From Candidatus Beckwithbacteria bacterium (GTDB lineage: Bacteria > Patescibacteriota > Microgenomatia > UBA1400 > UBA1449): DNA of 61,132 nt. The notes under the pieces are model-generated. The model was not told the origin of the DNA and did no database searches. It saw only the letters and a list, made by a program, of their open reading frames with translations. The stretch spans positions 1 to 61,132 of the forward strand of contig JAAZND010000102.1 in NCBI GenBank assembly GCA_012798485.1, written 5' to 3'. Both the position numbers and the translations under genes were made by a program. This document shows positions 9,544 through 19,943 of this stretch, in pieces (the stretch's first letter is position 1; every line of letters starts with the position of its first letter).

Positions 9544-11312
9544 TTAATTAAACTGACCAAAACATCGCAAACAAAATCGATATCTTTTTCAGTTAGATTA
9601 GCGGCTGACGGAAGATTGAAACCATTTTTTTCTACCTCACTGGCTACTGGATTTTTTAATAATTTTAAATTTTTATAAACGGGAAAACGACTCATTCTAG
9701 GGAAAGTCTCTCGTCCATGAATATTATATTCTCGCATTTTGGCAATCAATTCATTTCTGGAAATTTTCTTAGATTTGAGTAAAACTCCAGGATAACAGTA
9801 ATTGGACCGAGTGCCTTTTGGCTCAACAATTAATTCTAATTCTTTGATATCTTTTAATCTTTCATAATACCAAGAGAAAATTTTTCTTTTAATCTGAACT
9901 AATTCTTCTATTCTTTCCACTTGGGCGCGAGCCAAAGCAGCTGTCACATTCGCCATTTGATATTCGTACCCCAGAATATCACACCAAAAATTGGCCAATC
10001 GATTTGTTCTTCCCATATTACTTAACAGAATTGCCTGTTCATACATCTCTTTACTATTGGTTAAAAACATACCGCCTTCTCCAGAAGCAGCAATTTTTGC
10101 TCCATGGAAAGAAATACAACCGACATCACCAAAAGAACCAGCTTTTTTATTTTTATAAAGTGTGCCAAGAGCAGGAGCTGAATCTTCCACAATTTTTAAA
10201 TTATATTTTTTGGCAATTTTTTTGATTGCATCCCAATCAGCTGATTGGCCAAATGAATCTACCACCATAATCCCTTTAGTCTTTTTAGTAATCGCTTTTT
10301 CGATCGCCTTAGGATCAATACACCAAGTTTTGGGATCAATATCAACAAAAATTGGAGTTGCGCCGGTATAATTAATAACATAAGCTGTGGCTACCCAACT
10401 AAAATCGGTACAGATCACTTCATCACCTTTTTTAAAGCCACAAGTTAGACAAGCCAAATGCAAAGAATGAGTGGCACAAAAACCGGCAAGAGCATATTTG
10501 ACTCCTATATAATCTGCAATAGTTTTTTCTAAAGCCTTGATATCTTTATCAAACGTTTCATAAAAACCATGCTTCACGCCGTCAATCACATAATCAATTT
10601 CTTTTTTAGTAATCGATGGACCAGCAAAACTAATTTTTTTGTCTGATCTTTTAAATTGGGGTTTAATGTTTGTTTGTTTGAGTTTCATATAGATTTCATA
10701 TTTGTTTATAACTTTTTTATAACCTTTTGGAGCAGGAATCCATTCAGGAAATCCTTTCTCGTTAACTTGAATTAAGGGAACTTTTTTAAATTCCACAAAT
10801 CCAAGCTTTTGATACAAATTAAGAGCTTTTTCATTATTAGAAAATGTTTGCAAGGTATAATTTTTTAAACCCAATTCTTTTTTTCCCCAGGCTAACATAT
10901 AAGAAATAGCATTGCCCATAATCCCAGGATATTTTTCCACTCCTCGAACAATGTTATCGATTTCACAAGTCAAATTTTTAAAATCAAAACGGAATAAACC
11001 AATATGTCCAATAAATTCTCCTTTGACTTTAATTATAAAAAGCAAACGATCAGGAGTGTTAATAAGTCTTTCTTCAAGCCATTTTTTAGTTCCGGGAATA
11101 GTCACTTTAAATTGAGAAGGAAACCAGATTTCATGCTTTTTGCGCCAGTTGGCTAAAAGCTTGACAATTTGAGGTTTATTTATGCAGTCTTGAGTAATAA
11201 AAAGCAGTTCATATTTTTGCTTTTCAAAAACACCATCTATTTTTATTTCACCAAAAGTATTATTTTTAAATTTAGAAATCTGTTGAATTATTTGTTTTCT
11301 ATTCGGCTTCAT
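9540..11312 (-). CDS. Fusion of N-terminal GNAT acetyltransferase and DegT/DnrJ/EryC1/StrS (perosamine-synthase-like) aminotransferase
   Basis: N-terminal GHIGL...NEKALNLYQKLGF; C-terminal GDEVI, EDSA, SFHGAKIAASGEGG, LPS. Confidence 0.88.
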   Translation of the reverse strand: MKPNRKQIIQQISKFKNNTFGEIKIDGVFEKQKYELLFITQDCINKPQIVKLLANWRKKHEIWFPSQFKVTIPGTKKWLEERLINTPDRLLFIIKVKGEFIGHIGLFRFDFKNLTCEIDNIVRGVEKYPGIMGNAISYMLAWGKKELGLKNYTLQTFSNNEKALNLYQKLGFVEFKKVPLIQVNEKGFPEWIPAPKGYKKVINKYEIYMKLKQTNIKPQFKRSDKKISFAGPSITKKEIDYVIDGVKHGFYETFDKDIKALEKTIADYIGVKYALAGFCATHSLHLACLTCGFKKGDEVICTDFSWVATAYVINYTGATPIFVDIDPKTWCIDPKAIEKAITKKTKGIMVVDSFGQSADWDAIKKIAKKYNLKIVEDSAPALGTLYKNKKAGSFGDVGCISFHGAKIAASGEGGMFLTNSKEMYEQAILLSNMGRTNRLANFWCDILGYEYQMANVTAALARAQVERIEELVQIKRKIFSWYYERLKDIKELELIVEPKGTRSNYCYPGVLLKSKKISRNELIAKMREYNIHGRETFPRMSRFPVYKNLKLLKNPVASEVEKNGFNLPSAANLTEKDIDFVCDVLVSLIK

Positions 11313-11421
11313 AGTTTAGAGTAAATATAACATGAAAAAAAAGATAAGCAAATACTGTCTAAAATATTTTTCAAAATACTCTCATATACATCTCAGTTTT
11401 TATGGTAAACTAAAAAAGTTT

Positions 11422-12660
11422 ATGCAAAATAAAAAGTATATTCCAGTTTCAGGCAAGGTTTTTAATCAAGAAGAAATTGATAATGCAATAGAAGCAGCCA
11501 AAGATTGTTGGTGGACTGAAGGCAAATTTAGTAAAACTTTTGAAAACGATTTTAAAAAATTTTTAGGAGTGAAGTATGTTTCTTTAGTCAATTCTGGATC
11601 AAGTGCTAACCTTCTTGCTCTTGCCTGCCTTACTTCTGAAATTTTTGGCGATAAAAAACTAAAAGCAGGAGATGAATTTATCACTACTCCTGTTGCTTTT
11701 CCTACAACTGTTAATCCGGGAATTCAATATGGACTAAAACCGGTTTTTATCGATGCTTGTGTGAATACTTTAAATATTGATGTCAAACAAATCGAAAAAG
11801 CGATTAGTAAAAAAACCAGATTGATTATGCTTGCCCACACTCTTGGTTTTTCTTACAATCTAAAAGAAATTTTAAAATTGGTCAAAAAATATAAGCTCTG
11901 GTTTATTGAAGATTGTTGTGATGCACTTGGATCAAAATATAATGACAAATTCTTAGGCACTTTTGGTCACTTGGCTACTTTCAGTTTTTATCCTGCTCAT
12001 CATATCACTATGGGCGAAGGCGGAGCTGTGATTACTAATGACCCTCTTATTCATAAATCTATACGTCAATTTAGAGATTGGGGCAGAGATTGCTGGTGTG
12101 GTACTGGCGAAGATAATACCTGTAAAAATAGATTCAAATGGAAACTAGGAGAATTACCTTTGGGCTATGATCACAAATATATTTATTCCCAAATTGGTTA
12201 TAATTTGAAACTTACAGACTTTCAGGCAGCAATTGGGGTTGCCCAGCTCAAAAAATTACCCAAATTTATCAAACAAAGAAAAACAAATTATAAAATTTTA
12301 TATGACTTTTTTAAGCAATATGAAAAATATTTTATTCTGATGAAAGAAGAAAAAAATGCCGATAATTCTTACTTTGGGTTCCCAATTATAGTAAAAGATA
12401 ACGCTCCTTTTACGAGAAATGAACTCACTGAATATTTAGAAAACAATCAAATTGCCACCAGAAATATTTTTGCTGGCAACTTACTTCGTCACCCAGCTTA
12501 CTTGAAATTAAGAAAAAATTTTAGAATAATAGGAAGTATGGAAAACGCTGACTTGATTATGAACAATGCTTTTTGGCTTGGAGTCTGGCCTGGAATAAAA
12601 AAACAAGATTACAATTTTATTTTAAAAACATTACAAAAATTTTTAAAAAAATATGAATAA
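11422..12660 (+). CDS. rfbH: CDP-4-keto-6-deoxyglucose 3-dehydratase (E1/DdhC)
   Basis: NSGSSANL, EDCCDALGS, SFYPAHHITMGEGG (His in place of Lys), RDWGRDCWC...DNTC, GYDHKY; probable start 11422. Confidence 0.93.
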   Translation: MQNKKYIPVSGKVFNQEEIDNAIEAAKDCWWTEGKFSKTFENDFKKFLGVKYVSLVNSGSSANLLALACLTSEIFGDKKLKAGDEFITTPVAFPTTVNPGIQYGLKPVFIDACVNTLNIDVKQIEKAISKKTRLIMLAHTLGFSYNLKEILKLVKKYKLWFIEDCCDALGSKYNDKFLGTFGHLATFSFYPAHHITMGEGGAVITNDPLIHKSIRQFRDWGRDCWCGTGEDNTCKNRFKWKLGELPLGYDHKYIYSQIGYNLKLTDFQAAIGVAQLKKLPKFIKQRKTNYKILYDFFKQYEKYFILMKEEKNADNSYFGFPIIVKDNAPFTRNELTEYLENNQIATRNIFAGNLLRHPAYLKLRKNFRIIGSMENADLIMNNAFWLGVWPGIKKQDYNFILKTLQKFLKKYE

Positions 12661-13591
12661 TAAACTAATTTCAGTTATTGTCGCTTGTTACAACGAAGAA
12701 GAAAATATAAAAGAAATTTATCAGCGCATTATCAAAACTTTTAAAGAAAATCCTCAGTATGATTATGAAATTATTTATGTTGACAACAATTCTATAGACA
12801 CTTCTCGAAAAATTATTCAAGATTTATGTAAAAAAGATAAAAAAGTAAAAGCCATTTATATGAGTAGAAATTTTGGTTCGCCTCAACCCAGTTTTTTAGC
12901 TGGACTTGAAAAATCTAAAGGGGATGCTGCTATCTTACTTCACGGCGATATCCAGGATCCTCCAGAATTAATCCCCCAATTTGCCAAACTGTGGGAAAAA
13001 GGCAATGATGTCGTTTATGGAGTTAGAACCAAAAGAAAAGGCTACAATTTTATCTGGAATTTTTATTATCATGCTTTTTACTGGATATTACAAAAAATCT
13101 CATATATCAAAATGCCTCTAGATGCTGGCGATTTTTCTTTAATGGACAGAAAAGTGATTAGAGAATTATTAAAATTAGATGAATATGATTATTATATTAG
13201 ATGCCTCAGAGCATATGTAGGTTTCAAACAAATTGGTTATGAATACGAAAGAGATCCAAGACTAAAAGGCAAATCAAATGAAAACTTATTATCAAGTTTA
13301 TGGTGGGCTAAAACGATTATTGCCAATTTTTCCTTTAAACCACTCGAGTATATTTCTTTTGTTGCACTTGCCGTTACTTTTTTCTCCTTCATTTTTATAA
13401 TCATAAATATTATTTTGTATTTTTTAAACCCTTCTTCTCCAAAAGGAATTCCAACTATAGTAATCCTTATTTCATTTCTTGGAGGTATACAACTACTCAG
13501 CCTTTCTATTATTGCTGAATACTTAGCCAAAATCTTTTTAGAAATTAAGAAAAGACCAAAATATATTATTGAAGAAACTATTAATCTCTAG
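12653..13591 (+). CDS. GT2 polyprenol-phosphate glycosyltransferase (GtrB/ArnC-like)
   Basis: YNEEEN, SRNFG, DIQDPPELI, AGDFSLMDR, two C-terminal TM helices, KKRPKYII. Confidence 0.9.
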   Translation: MNNKLISVIVACYNEEENIKEIYQRIIKTFKENPQYDYEIIYVDNNSIDTSRKIIQDLCKKDKKVKAIYMSRNFGSPQPSFLAGLEKSKGDAAILLHGDIQDPPELIPQFAKLWEKGNDVVYGVRTKRKGYNFIWNFYYHAFYWILQKISYIKMPLDAGDFSLMDRKVIRELLKLDEYDYYIRCLRAYVGFKQIGYEYERDPRLKGKSNENLLSSLWWAKTIIANFSFKPLEYISFVALAVTFFSFIFIIINIILYFLNPSSPKGIPTIVILISFLGGIQLLSLSIIAEYLAKIFLEIKKRPKYIIEETINL

Positions 13592-13593
13592 AT

Positions 13594-15153
13594 TTATTTA
13601 TAAAAAAGTATAATATCTTTTTTATTCTCTAAATCACTTTCAATAATACTTTCCTTATCCAGACCATTTTTGATTGCTATTTCTTTCCAATATTCATATG
13701 ATTTTTCCCAATAGACAGTAAAGTCTATAAACAGATAATCTGGATTAAATGCTTTAACTGCTTCTTCATTTGGAGTCTGCCAATCATTAGTAGCTTTTTT
13801 ATATAATTTTGCATTCACTGGAAGCGATGCAGAATAAAGAATATTGCTATCCTTAAAATTAATATTTGTCTGTTCTAGTTTTCTCGTAGCTCTAGAGGTA
13901 ATAAAATCCTTAAAAGAATATGCTGCTTGGATTGATTTTTGAGAAATTAGTAAATTAAAAATTACAGCTTTAATATATACAAATATTAATATCATTAAGA
14001 ATGTTAAATATAAAGCCTTATATTTAAACACTTTTTGTTTTAAGAATAAATATAAAGAAATATCAAATACATATGAGTAAAAAAATAAAGAGATTGGAAG
14101 TATTGGTATTAAATAAGCAGTAGTGCGTATTGGTCCCACTTTTAAAGTTAACCATAAAATATAAGAAATACTATATGTAGAAATTAGTGAAATGAATATA
14201 CTATTAGTATCTTTTAATTTTTTAAAGAAATTTATAATTAAAACTAAAAAAGGCGAAACTACTGTTAATAATAGTAATGGATTAATAAGATATTCTGCAA
14301 ACCACGAATTTATATTATCTCTCATGCTAGCAGAGGTCATACTAAACATTTCTCTTTGTCTTGCTATAAATAAGGAGGTTTGAATAAAAATATAAGGATG
14401 TATTAAAAAAGTTAAAAATAAAAATATTATTCCTGAAGTTAGATATACATAGATTAATTTCTGTAAATTCTGTCTCACATTCTCTTTTAGAGTAAAAATA
14501 AATCCTAAAAATAATGGAAAAATAATAAAAATATGCGGTTGTTTACAAAGAAATGCTAGTCCTCCAAAAATATTAGCTAGAATAATATTTTTTAATAATT
14601 TGGGGTTTTGCAAATAATAAAATAAATAATTAAAACAAATAAGAGAAAATAATAAACCTAAAATGTCAGGTTTAATATGAAAAGTGTAATGTAAAAAAGG
14701 AGTAAATAAACAAAAAAGAGTTAGATAAATTATTTTACTAATCTGATATTTTAAGATTTTGTTTAAGAGATTAAAAGCACTAATTAAACAACCTAAAGCA
14801 ACTATAAAGTTAAAAAGCTTAGCCGTTAAAGCAAAAATTTCTGCATTTTCAAAAGAGATCTTTAATAATATTGAAATAGCACTAAAAATCCAAAATAAAA
14901 TGCTATTAAATGGGAATCCATAATACGCAGTATGATATGGAATATTTTGATTATAATAAGAGTCTGGTTTAGATGTATCTGATAACTGTAAAATACTACT
15001 TAAAATTGAGCCGCTATCTATGTGTTCAGCAAAAACCACATTAAGATTTTGATTATTTTGAAAACATGCTGGTAAAATAAACCAACAAAAACCTATTATA
15101 TATAATATTAAAACCCAATATTTATTTATTAATTCGATTATGTTATTTTTCAT
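13594..15153 (-). CDS. Multi-TM membrane protein, probable GT-C glycosyltransferase
   Basis: About 10 hydrophobic segments, KPD and LAFLCKQ motifs, small soluble C-terminal domain. Confidence 0.62.
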   Translation of the reverse strand: MKNNIIELINKYWVLILYIIGFCWFILPACFQNNQNLNVVFAEHIDSGSILSSILQLSDTSKPDSYYNQNIPYHTAYYGFPFNSILFWIFSAISILLKISFENAEIFALTAKLFNFIVALGCLISAFNLLNKILKYQISKIIYLTLFCLFTPFLHYTFHIKPDILGLLFSLICFNYLFYYLQNPKLLKNIILANIFGGLAFLCKQPHIFIIFPLFLGFIFTLKENVRQNLQKLIYVYLTSGIIFLFLTFLIHPYIFIQTSLFIARQREMFSMTSASMRDNINSWFAEYLINPLLLLTVVSPFLVLIINFFKKLKDTNSIFISLISTYSISYILWLTLKVGPIRTTAYLIPILPISLFFYSYVFDISLYLFLKQKVFKYKALYLTFLMILIFVYIKAVIFNLLISQKSIQAAYSFKDFITSRATRKLEQTNINFKDSNILYSASLPVNAKLYKKATNDWQTPNEEAVKAFNPDYLFIDFTVYWEKSYEYWKEIAIKNGLDKESIIESDLENKKDIILFYK

Positions 15154-15221
15154 TTACTATATTTTATATAATTTAAGATAGTAATATAATTATTCTACAT
15201 ATTAAATCTACTAATGTAAAA

Positions 15222-15791
15222 ATGGGAAAAAATAATATTTTTATTCACCCAACTGCTATAGTGGATACAACAAACATTGGAGAAAAATCAAAAATCTGGG
15301 CTTTTGTTCATATCTTGAAAGGTGCTAAAATTGGAAATAATGCTAATATTTGTGATCATTGTTTTATAGAAAATGAAGTAAATATAGGTAATAATGTCAC
15401 AATTAAATGTGGTGTCTGGATCTGGGATGGATTAACTATTGAAAATAATGTTTTCATTGGGCCAAGTGTTGTTTTTACAAATGACTTGTATCCAAGAAGT
15501 AAAAATATTCATTACAACAAAAAAAAGACAACTCTTAAAGAGGGGTGTTCTATAGGAGCTAATGCAACCATACTTGCAGGTATTACTATAGGAAAACATG
15601 CTATGATAGGTGCGGGATCAGTGATCACAAAAAATGTCAATGATTTTGAAATAGTTTATGGCAACCCTGCAAGACAAAAAGGGTTTGTCTGCAAATGTGG
15701 AGAAAAAATAAAATTTGATAATAATCTTTTTGTTTGTAAATGCGGAGAAAGCTTTAAAAAAGAAAATAACTTTATTAAAAATATCAATTAA
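15222..15791 (+). CDS. Hexapeptide-repeat NDP-aminosugar N-acetyltransferase (FdtC/QdtC/WbpD-like)
   Basis: [39 protein letters not shown]...CKCG tail. Confidence 0.88.
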   Translation: MGKNNIFIHPTAIVDTTNIGEKSKIWAFVHILKGAKIGNNANICDHCFIENEVNIGNNVTIKCGVWIWDGLTIENNVFIGPSVVFTNDLYPRSKNIHYNKKKTTLKEGCSIGANATILAGITIGKHAMIGAGSVITKNVNDFEIVYGNPARQKGFVCKCGEKIKFDNNLFVCKCGESFKKENNFIKNIN

Positions 15792-15801
15792 GTTTTTTAT
15801 C

Positions 15802-16866
15802 TTATTTTTCCTTATTAAGGAATTTTCTTATTATTTTTCTAAATTTTGTATCTTTATAGTTTATTTTTTGAGATTTACTATCAAAATTTATCTTATTTAC
15901 CAAACTAATAATATCTTTATATTGAATCGAGTAAAGAGAATTTAATAACTTTAAATTTTTGGTATCTTTAATAAAGTTTAAAATAGTTTCATATCCCCAT
16001 TTTTGACGTATCTGATCATCTGTTTTAAGAGCTATTTTCCCCAAAAAATAGGGAATAGTTTCTCTTGTTGGTTTTCCAAAAACTTTAAAATCTTGACTAA
16101 ATACTTTGATAAATAAATTAATATCCATTTTTAAAAAATTATCTAAAACAAATGGTAGCTCTAAATTCTGACGTAAAATCGACAGATTACTATGATTATC
16201 TATTTGGCTCCCATTGATCATTTGTCGATATTTAACTAATGGCTTTTGATAAATATAAATTTTATTTTTTAAAAGTGTTCTGACATGGAAATCATAGTCT
16301 TGAGTTTGAAGTAATGCTGGATTAAAAAAACCAATTTGTTTTAAAATAGATTTTCTAATAATTTCTCCAGGAGCTGGTAATCTATTCCCATAGATAAACA
16401 TTTCTCTTATAAGCTGAAATCTATTTGTATTTTTAAATTTCAAAATTTTTTGTAATTATTTATCTTTCAAAAGATGATTATTTTCATCTATTCCTTCTAA
16501 CTGAAAAAATAATGCATTATATTGTTTGTTTTTTTCTAAATAATTAATTCCTTCCTGTAAATAAGTTGGACAAACTTCATCGTCTGAAGCTATAAAAACA
16601 ATATATTCCCCTACACTATTTTTTATTCCATCATTAAAACCAATTGATGGTCCCATATTATAATGATGTTCAATTATTTTAATTCGAGAATCTTTATAAG
16701 ATTTAATAATATTTAAAGTATTGTCTAAAGATCTATCGTCAATAATTATCAACTCAAAGTCAGTAAAAGTTTGAGCTAAAATACTATTAAGAAATTTAGC
16801 CACATATTTTTCATGAAGATAGCTTGGAGAAATGATAGATACTTTCGGTTTATTCTTAGAATTCAT
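15802..16866 (-). pseudogene. GT2 glycosyltransferase interrupted by one in-frame TAA at 16456-16458
   Basis: The two ORF-track pieces share a frame (...KDK*LQKILKFKN...). N-half has the GT2 start motifs and IASDD; C-half has QTQDYDFHVR and KYR. Confidence 0.85.
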
Positions 16867-17953
16867 TTAAAACCTTTACTATTTTTTTAACTTCCGCTTG
16901 ATTAAGTACAGGACTTATAGGAATGCTAAGGACTTCATTATGAATTTGTTCAGTAATTGGATATTTAAATTTATTCCATTCCTTATAAGCTAATTGTTTA
17001 TGAGGAGGAATTGGATAATGAATAAGTGATCCAATTTGATTGTCTAAAAGATATTTTTGTAATTTATCTCTATTTTTTGACCTAACAACAAAAACATAAA
17101 AATTATGACCATGAAAATCTTTGACTAATGGCAGAATTATTTTTTGATTGTGAATATTTTCAAAATAATATTTTGCTATCTCTCTTCTTTTTTGATTATC
17201 TTTGTCTAAATATTTAAGTTTAACATTAAGTATTGCTGCTTGAATATCATCTAAGCGACTATTAATCCCTTTATAAATATTGATATATTTAACTGAGGAT
17301 CCATAATTAGCAAGAATTCTTATTGTTTTTGCTAATATCTGATCATTGGTAGTAATAGCTCCTCCATCTCCTAATGCTCCAAGATTTTTTCCTGGATAAA
17401 AACTAAAACCAGAAACATCTCCTAAATTCCCTGCTTTTTTATTTTTATATATAGATCCATGAGCCTGAGCAGAATCTTCAATAACTTTTAATTTATATTT
17501 TTTTGCTATTTTCCAAATTTTTTCCATTTCTACTACTTGACCATATAAATGAACTACTAAAATGGCTTTAGTTTTTCTTGTTATTTTTTTTTCAATCAAG
17601 GCTGGATTAATATTGTAATTATCAATATCTGGCTCAACTAAAATTGGCTTTAAGTTATTAGCAGAAATTGCCAAAATTGAAGCAATAAAAGTATTAGCAG
17701 GCACAATAATTTCGTCTTGAGCTTTTAATAGCCCCAATTCTCTATAACCTTTAAAAATTAAATTAAGTGCATCAAATCCATTCCCTACGCCAATGCAATA
17801 TTTCGTACCAATATATGAAGCAAAATTAATTTCAAATTCTTTAAGTTTATCACCTAAAATATAGTGACCAGAGTTTAGAAACTCTTGAAAAGTTCGCTCA
17901 ATTTCTGGGCGATATTTTTGATTAATTTGGTAAAGATCTAAAAAGGGAATCAT
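16856..17953 (-). CDS. fdtB: DegT-family aminotransferase, dTDP-3-amino-3,6-dideoxyhexose transaminase-like
   Basis: [49 protein letters not shown]; FdtA- and FdtC-like genes nearby. Confidence 0.82.
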   Translation of the reverse strand: MIPFLDLYQINQKYRPEIERTFQEFLNSGHYILGDKLKEFEINFASYIGTKYCIGVGNGFDALNLIFKGYRELGLLKAQDEIIVPANTFIASILAISANNLKPILVEPDIDNYNINPALIEKKITRKTKAILVVHLYGQVVEMEKIWKIAKKYKLKVIEDSAQAHGSIYKNKKAGNLGDVSGFSFYPGKNLGALGDGGAITTNDQILAKTIRILANYGSSVKYINIYKGINSRLDDIQAAILNVKLKYLDKDNQKRREIAKYYFENIHNQKIILPLVKDFHGHNFYVFVVRSKNRDKLQKYLLDNQIGSLIHYPIPPHKQLAYKEWNKFKYPITEQIHNEVLSIPISPVLNQAEVKKIVKVLNEF

Positions 17954-17956
17954 AAA

Positions 17957-18937
17957 TTATAATAAATCTTTTAGGTATTTTTTGTAATAGAGCTTTAAGA
18001 TTTTCTTATTTTTTACTATATATCTAATTATTGGATATTTTTCTAGACGACTATATTGGGTCCATATTTTTAGATCTTTATTTGGAAATTTGATGAAATT
18101 AGTTTTGGGATTAAAAATATCAGAGTAACGATAATTTTTGTGAATATAATATAAAATCCATGCCATTTCATTCTTATAGTTGTTCTTAAAATATTGAAAG
18201 TCTGTAGGCATTATTTCTGAATAATAGTTATTATATTTGTAATTTAACATTATATTAATTAAATAAATTACAATATTATTAAATTTCTCTTGTTCTTTTC
18301 TGTCAACTGATGACCAAACCCCTTTATGGTTATAGCGATAAACTGACAAGGGTTTATCATAATAATAACAATTTCCTTTTGATAATAAATAATGATACTG
18401 AAAAATATCTCCCGGAGGTAAATTTTTTATATTACGGAAAACTCTGGCTGAAGTATGAGTATAAATTTGATTTATCAAACTAAATTTATTATTAAGAACA
18501 TTATTTCTTTTGATCAATAATTCTTTTCTATTATCTGGATATAAGATATAAGAATTATGAGCGAACATAATACAATCTGAATTCTGGTCAAGCGAATCAA
18601 CTGCTTTTTGTAATTTATATGCATCAATCCAGTAATCATCTCCTTCACAAAGAGCTATATATTTACCTTTCGCACTTGGAAGTAAAAATGTTTTTAATAT
18701 CCCAGTTTTAATTTTACTAAGTTGATTTTCTTTTTGGATAACTAATTTAATTATATTGGGAAATTTTTTTTGATATTCTTTTAGTATTTCTGGGGTTTTA
18801 TCTGTAGAAGCATCATCGTGAATCAAAATTTCATAATCAAAATTTGTTTTTTGCATCAAAAAAGAATCTATTGTTTGAGATATATACTTTTCATGATTAT
18901 AAGCAAGACATAATATTGATATTTTAGGAAACTTCAT
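17957..18937 (-). CDS. GT2 glycosyltransferase
   Basis: YNHEKYI, IHDDASTD, YIALCEGDDYW, SVYR. Confidence 0.9.
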   Translation of the reverse strand: MKFPKISILCLAYNHEKYISQTIDSFLMQKTNFDYEILIHDDASTDKTPEILKEYQKKFPNIIKLVIQKENQLSKIKTGILKTFLLPSAKGKYIALCEGDDYWIDAYKLQKAVDSLDQNSDCIMFAHNSYILYPDNRKELLIKRNNVLNNKFSLINQIYTHTSARVFRNIKNLPPGDIFQYHYLLSKGNCYYYDKPLSVYRYNHKGVWSSVDRKEQEKFNNIVIYLINIMLNYKYNNYYSEIMPTDFQYFKNNYKNEMAWILYYIHKNYRYSDIFNPKTNFIKFPNKDLKIWTQYSRLEKYPIIRYIVKNKKILKLYYKKYLKDLL

Positions 18938-19943
18938 TTTTTAAAATTATTGGATTTATCTGTTTAATACCTATAGTTCCAGTATTATATAATAAAAATT
19001 TACTATTCACTTTTTTTTGGTTAAGCATATTAATTATTGCCTTAGGAAAATTAACTCCAGCCAAATGAGAAAATGGATATTGACCACCAAAACGGCAGTT
19101 TAAATCAATTACATAATACTTATTATTATTATAAATGATATCAACATCTAAGTTGGCAACATGTTTTAACTTGTTTGATAAGGTTTTAGCTATAATTGAT
19201 ATACTTTTGTTTTTAATGATTATGGCGCTATCTGTTTCTCCAGCTCTCATAGATAATTTTTTTTTGGAAACACTAGTTAGATAATTAGAATTTAAATCAT
19301 TAAAAATATCAACTCCATATTCTGAACCATTAATTTTTTCTTGAATAATAATACTTTTTTCAATATCTTGACTTGATTCATATTTGATGTGGTTTGAGGC
19401 AATTTCTTGTTTAATTTTATTAAATAAAATTATTAATTCATGATAATTATTTACCTGATAAGTAGACAATGACCCAGTTCCCCATCTTGGTTTGATAATT
19501 AATGGATAATTTATCAATCCTCTTTTAATTTTTTTTTGACTTTCCAATATTGATAATGAAGATTCTGGTGTATTAATTTTAATCGATTTTAAAAACTTAT
19601 ACGTATTCCATTTGTCATTACAGATGTTAATAACCTTGCTATCAGAAACAACGAGTTTAATATTGTGTTTGTCAAATTTTTCCTTATTTACTGACAATTT
19701 CCATAAATCAAAATCAAACAATGGAATTATTGCTTTGATCTTATTTTTTAAACAATAATCAATTAAAAATTGAATATATTGCCTATGATTAATTAATGGT
19801 GTTATAACAGCTTTATCTGCACATTGAAGAGCATCTGACCATAATGAATTAGAAGCATGCACTTCACCATTTCCATTTAGGGCTTCTTTAAAATAATTAA
19901 TTAAATAAGATCTTCTTCCCGCAGAAGTAATTAAGATATTCAT
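18924..19943 (-). CDS. ATP-grasp ligase (short carbamoyl-phosphate-synthase-like/PylC-like family)
   Basis: NILITSAGRR, CNDKW, IKPRWGTGS, IQEKI.G.EY, MRAGETD, DLNCRFGGQYP. Confidence 0.88.
   Translation of the reverse strand: MNILITSAGRRSYLINYFKEALNGNGEVHASNSLWSDALQCADKAVITPLINHRQYIQFLIDYCLKNKIKAIIPLFDFDLWKLSVNKEKFDKHNIKLVVSDSKVINICNDKWNTYKFLKSIKINTPESSLSILESQKKIKRGLINYPLIIKPRWGTGSLSTYQVNNYHELIILFNKIKQEIASNHIKYESSQDIEKSIIIQEKINGSEYGVDIFNDLNSNYLTSVSKKKLSMRAGETDSAIIIKNKSISIIAKTLSNKLKHVANLDVDIIYNNNKYYVIDLNCRFGGQYPFSHLAGVNFPKAIINMLNQKKVNSKFLLYNTGTIGIKQINPIILKNEVS

Noticed and set aside
6590..11421. Recombinase-driven invertible segment explaining the reversed three-gene block
   Set aside because: No flanking inverted repeats were found by eye and there is no recombinase in the window; divergent transcription explains it
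18924..19943. Carbamoyl-phosphate synthase carB or pyrrolysine pylC
   Set aside because: Only one ATP-grasp module, with no carA or pylB/D/S genes
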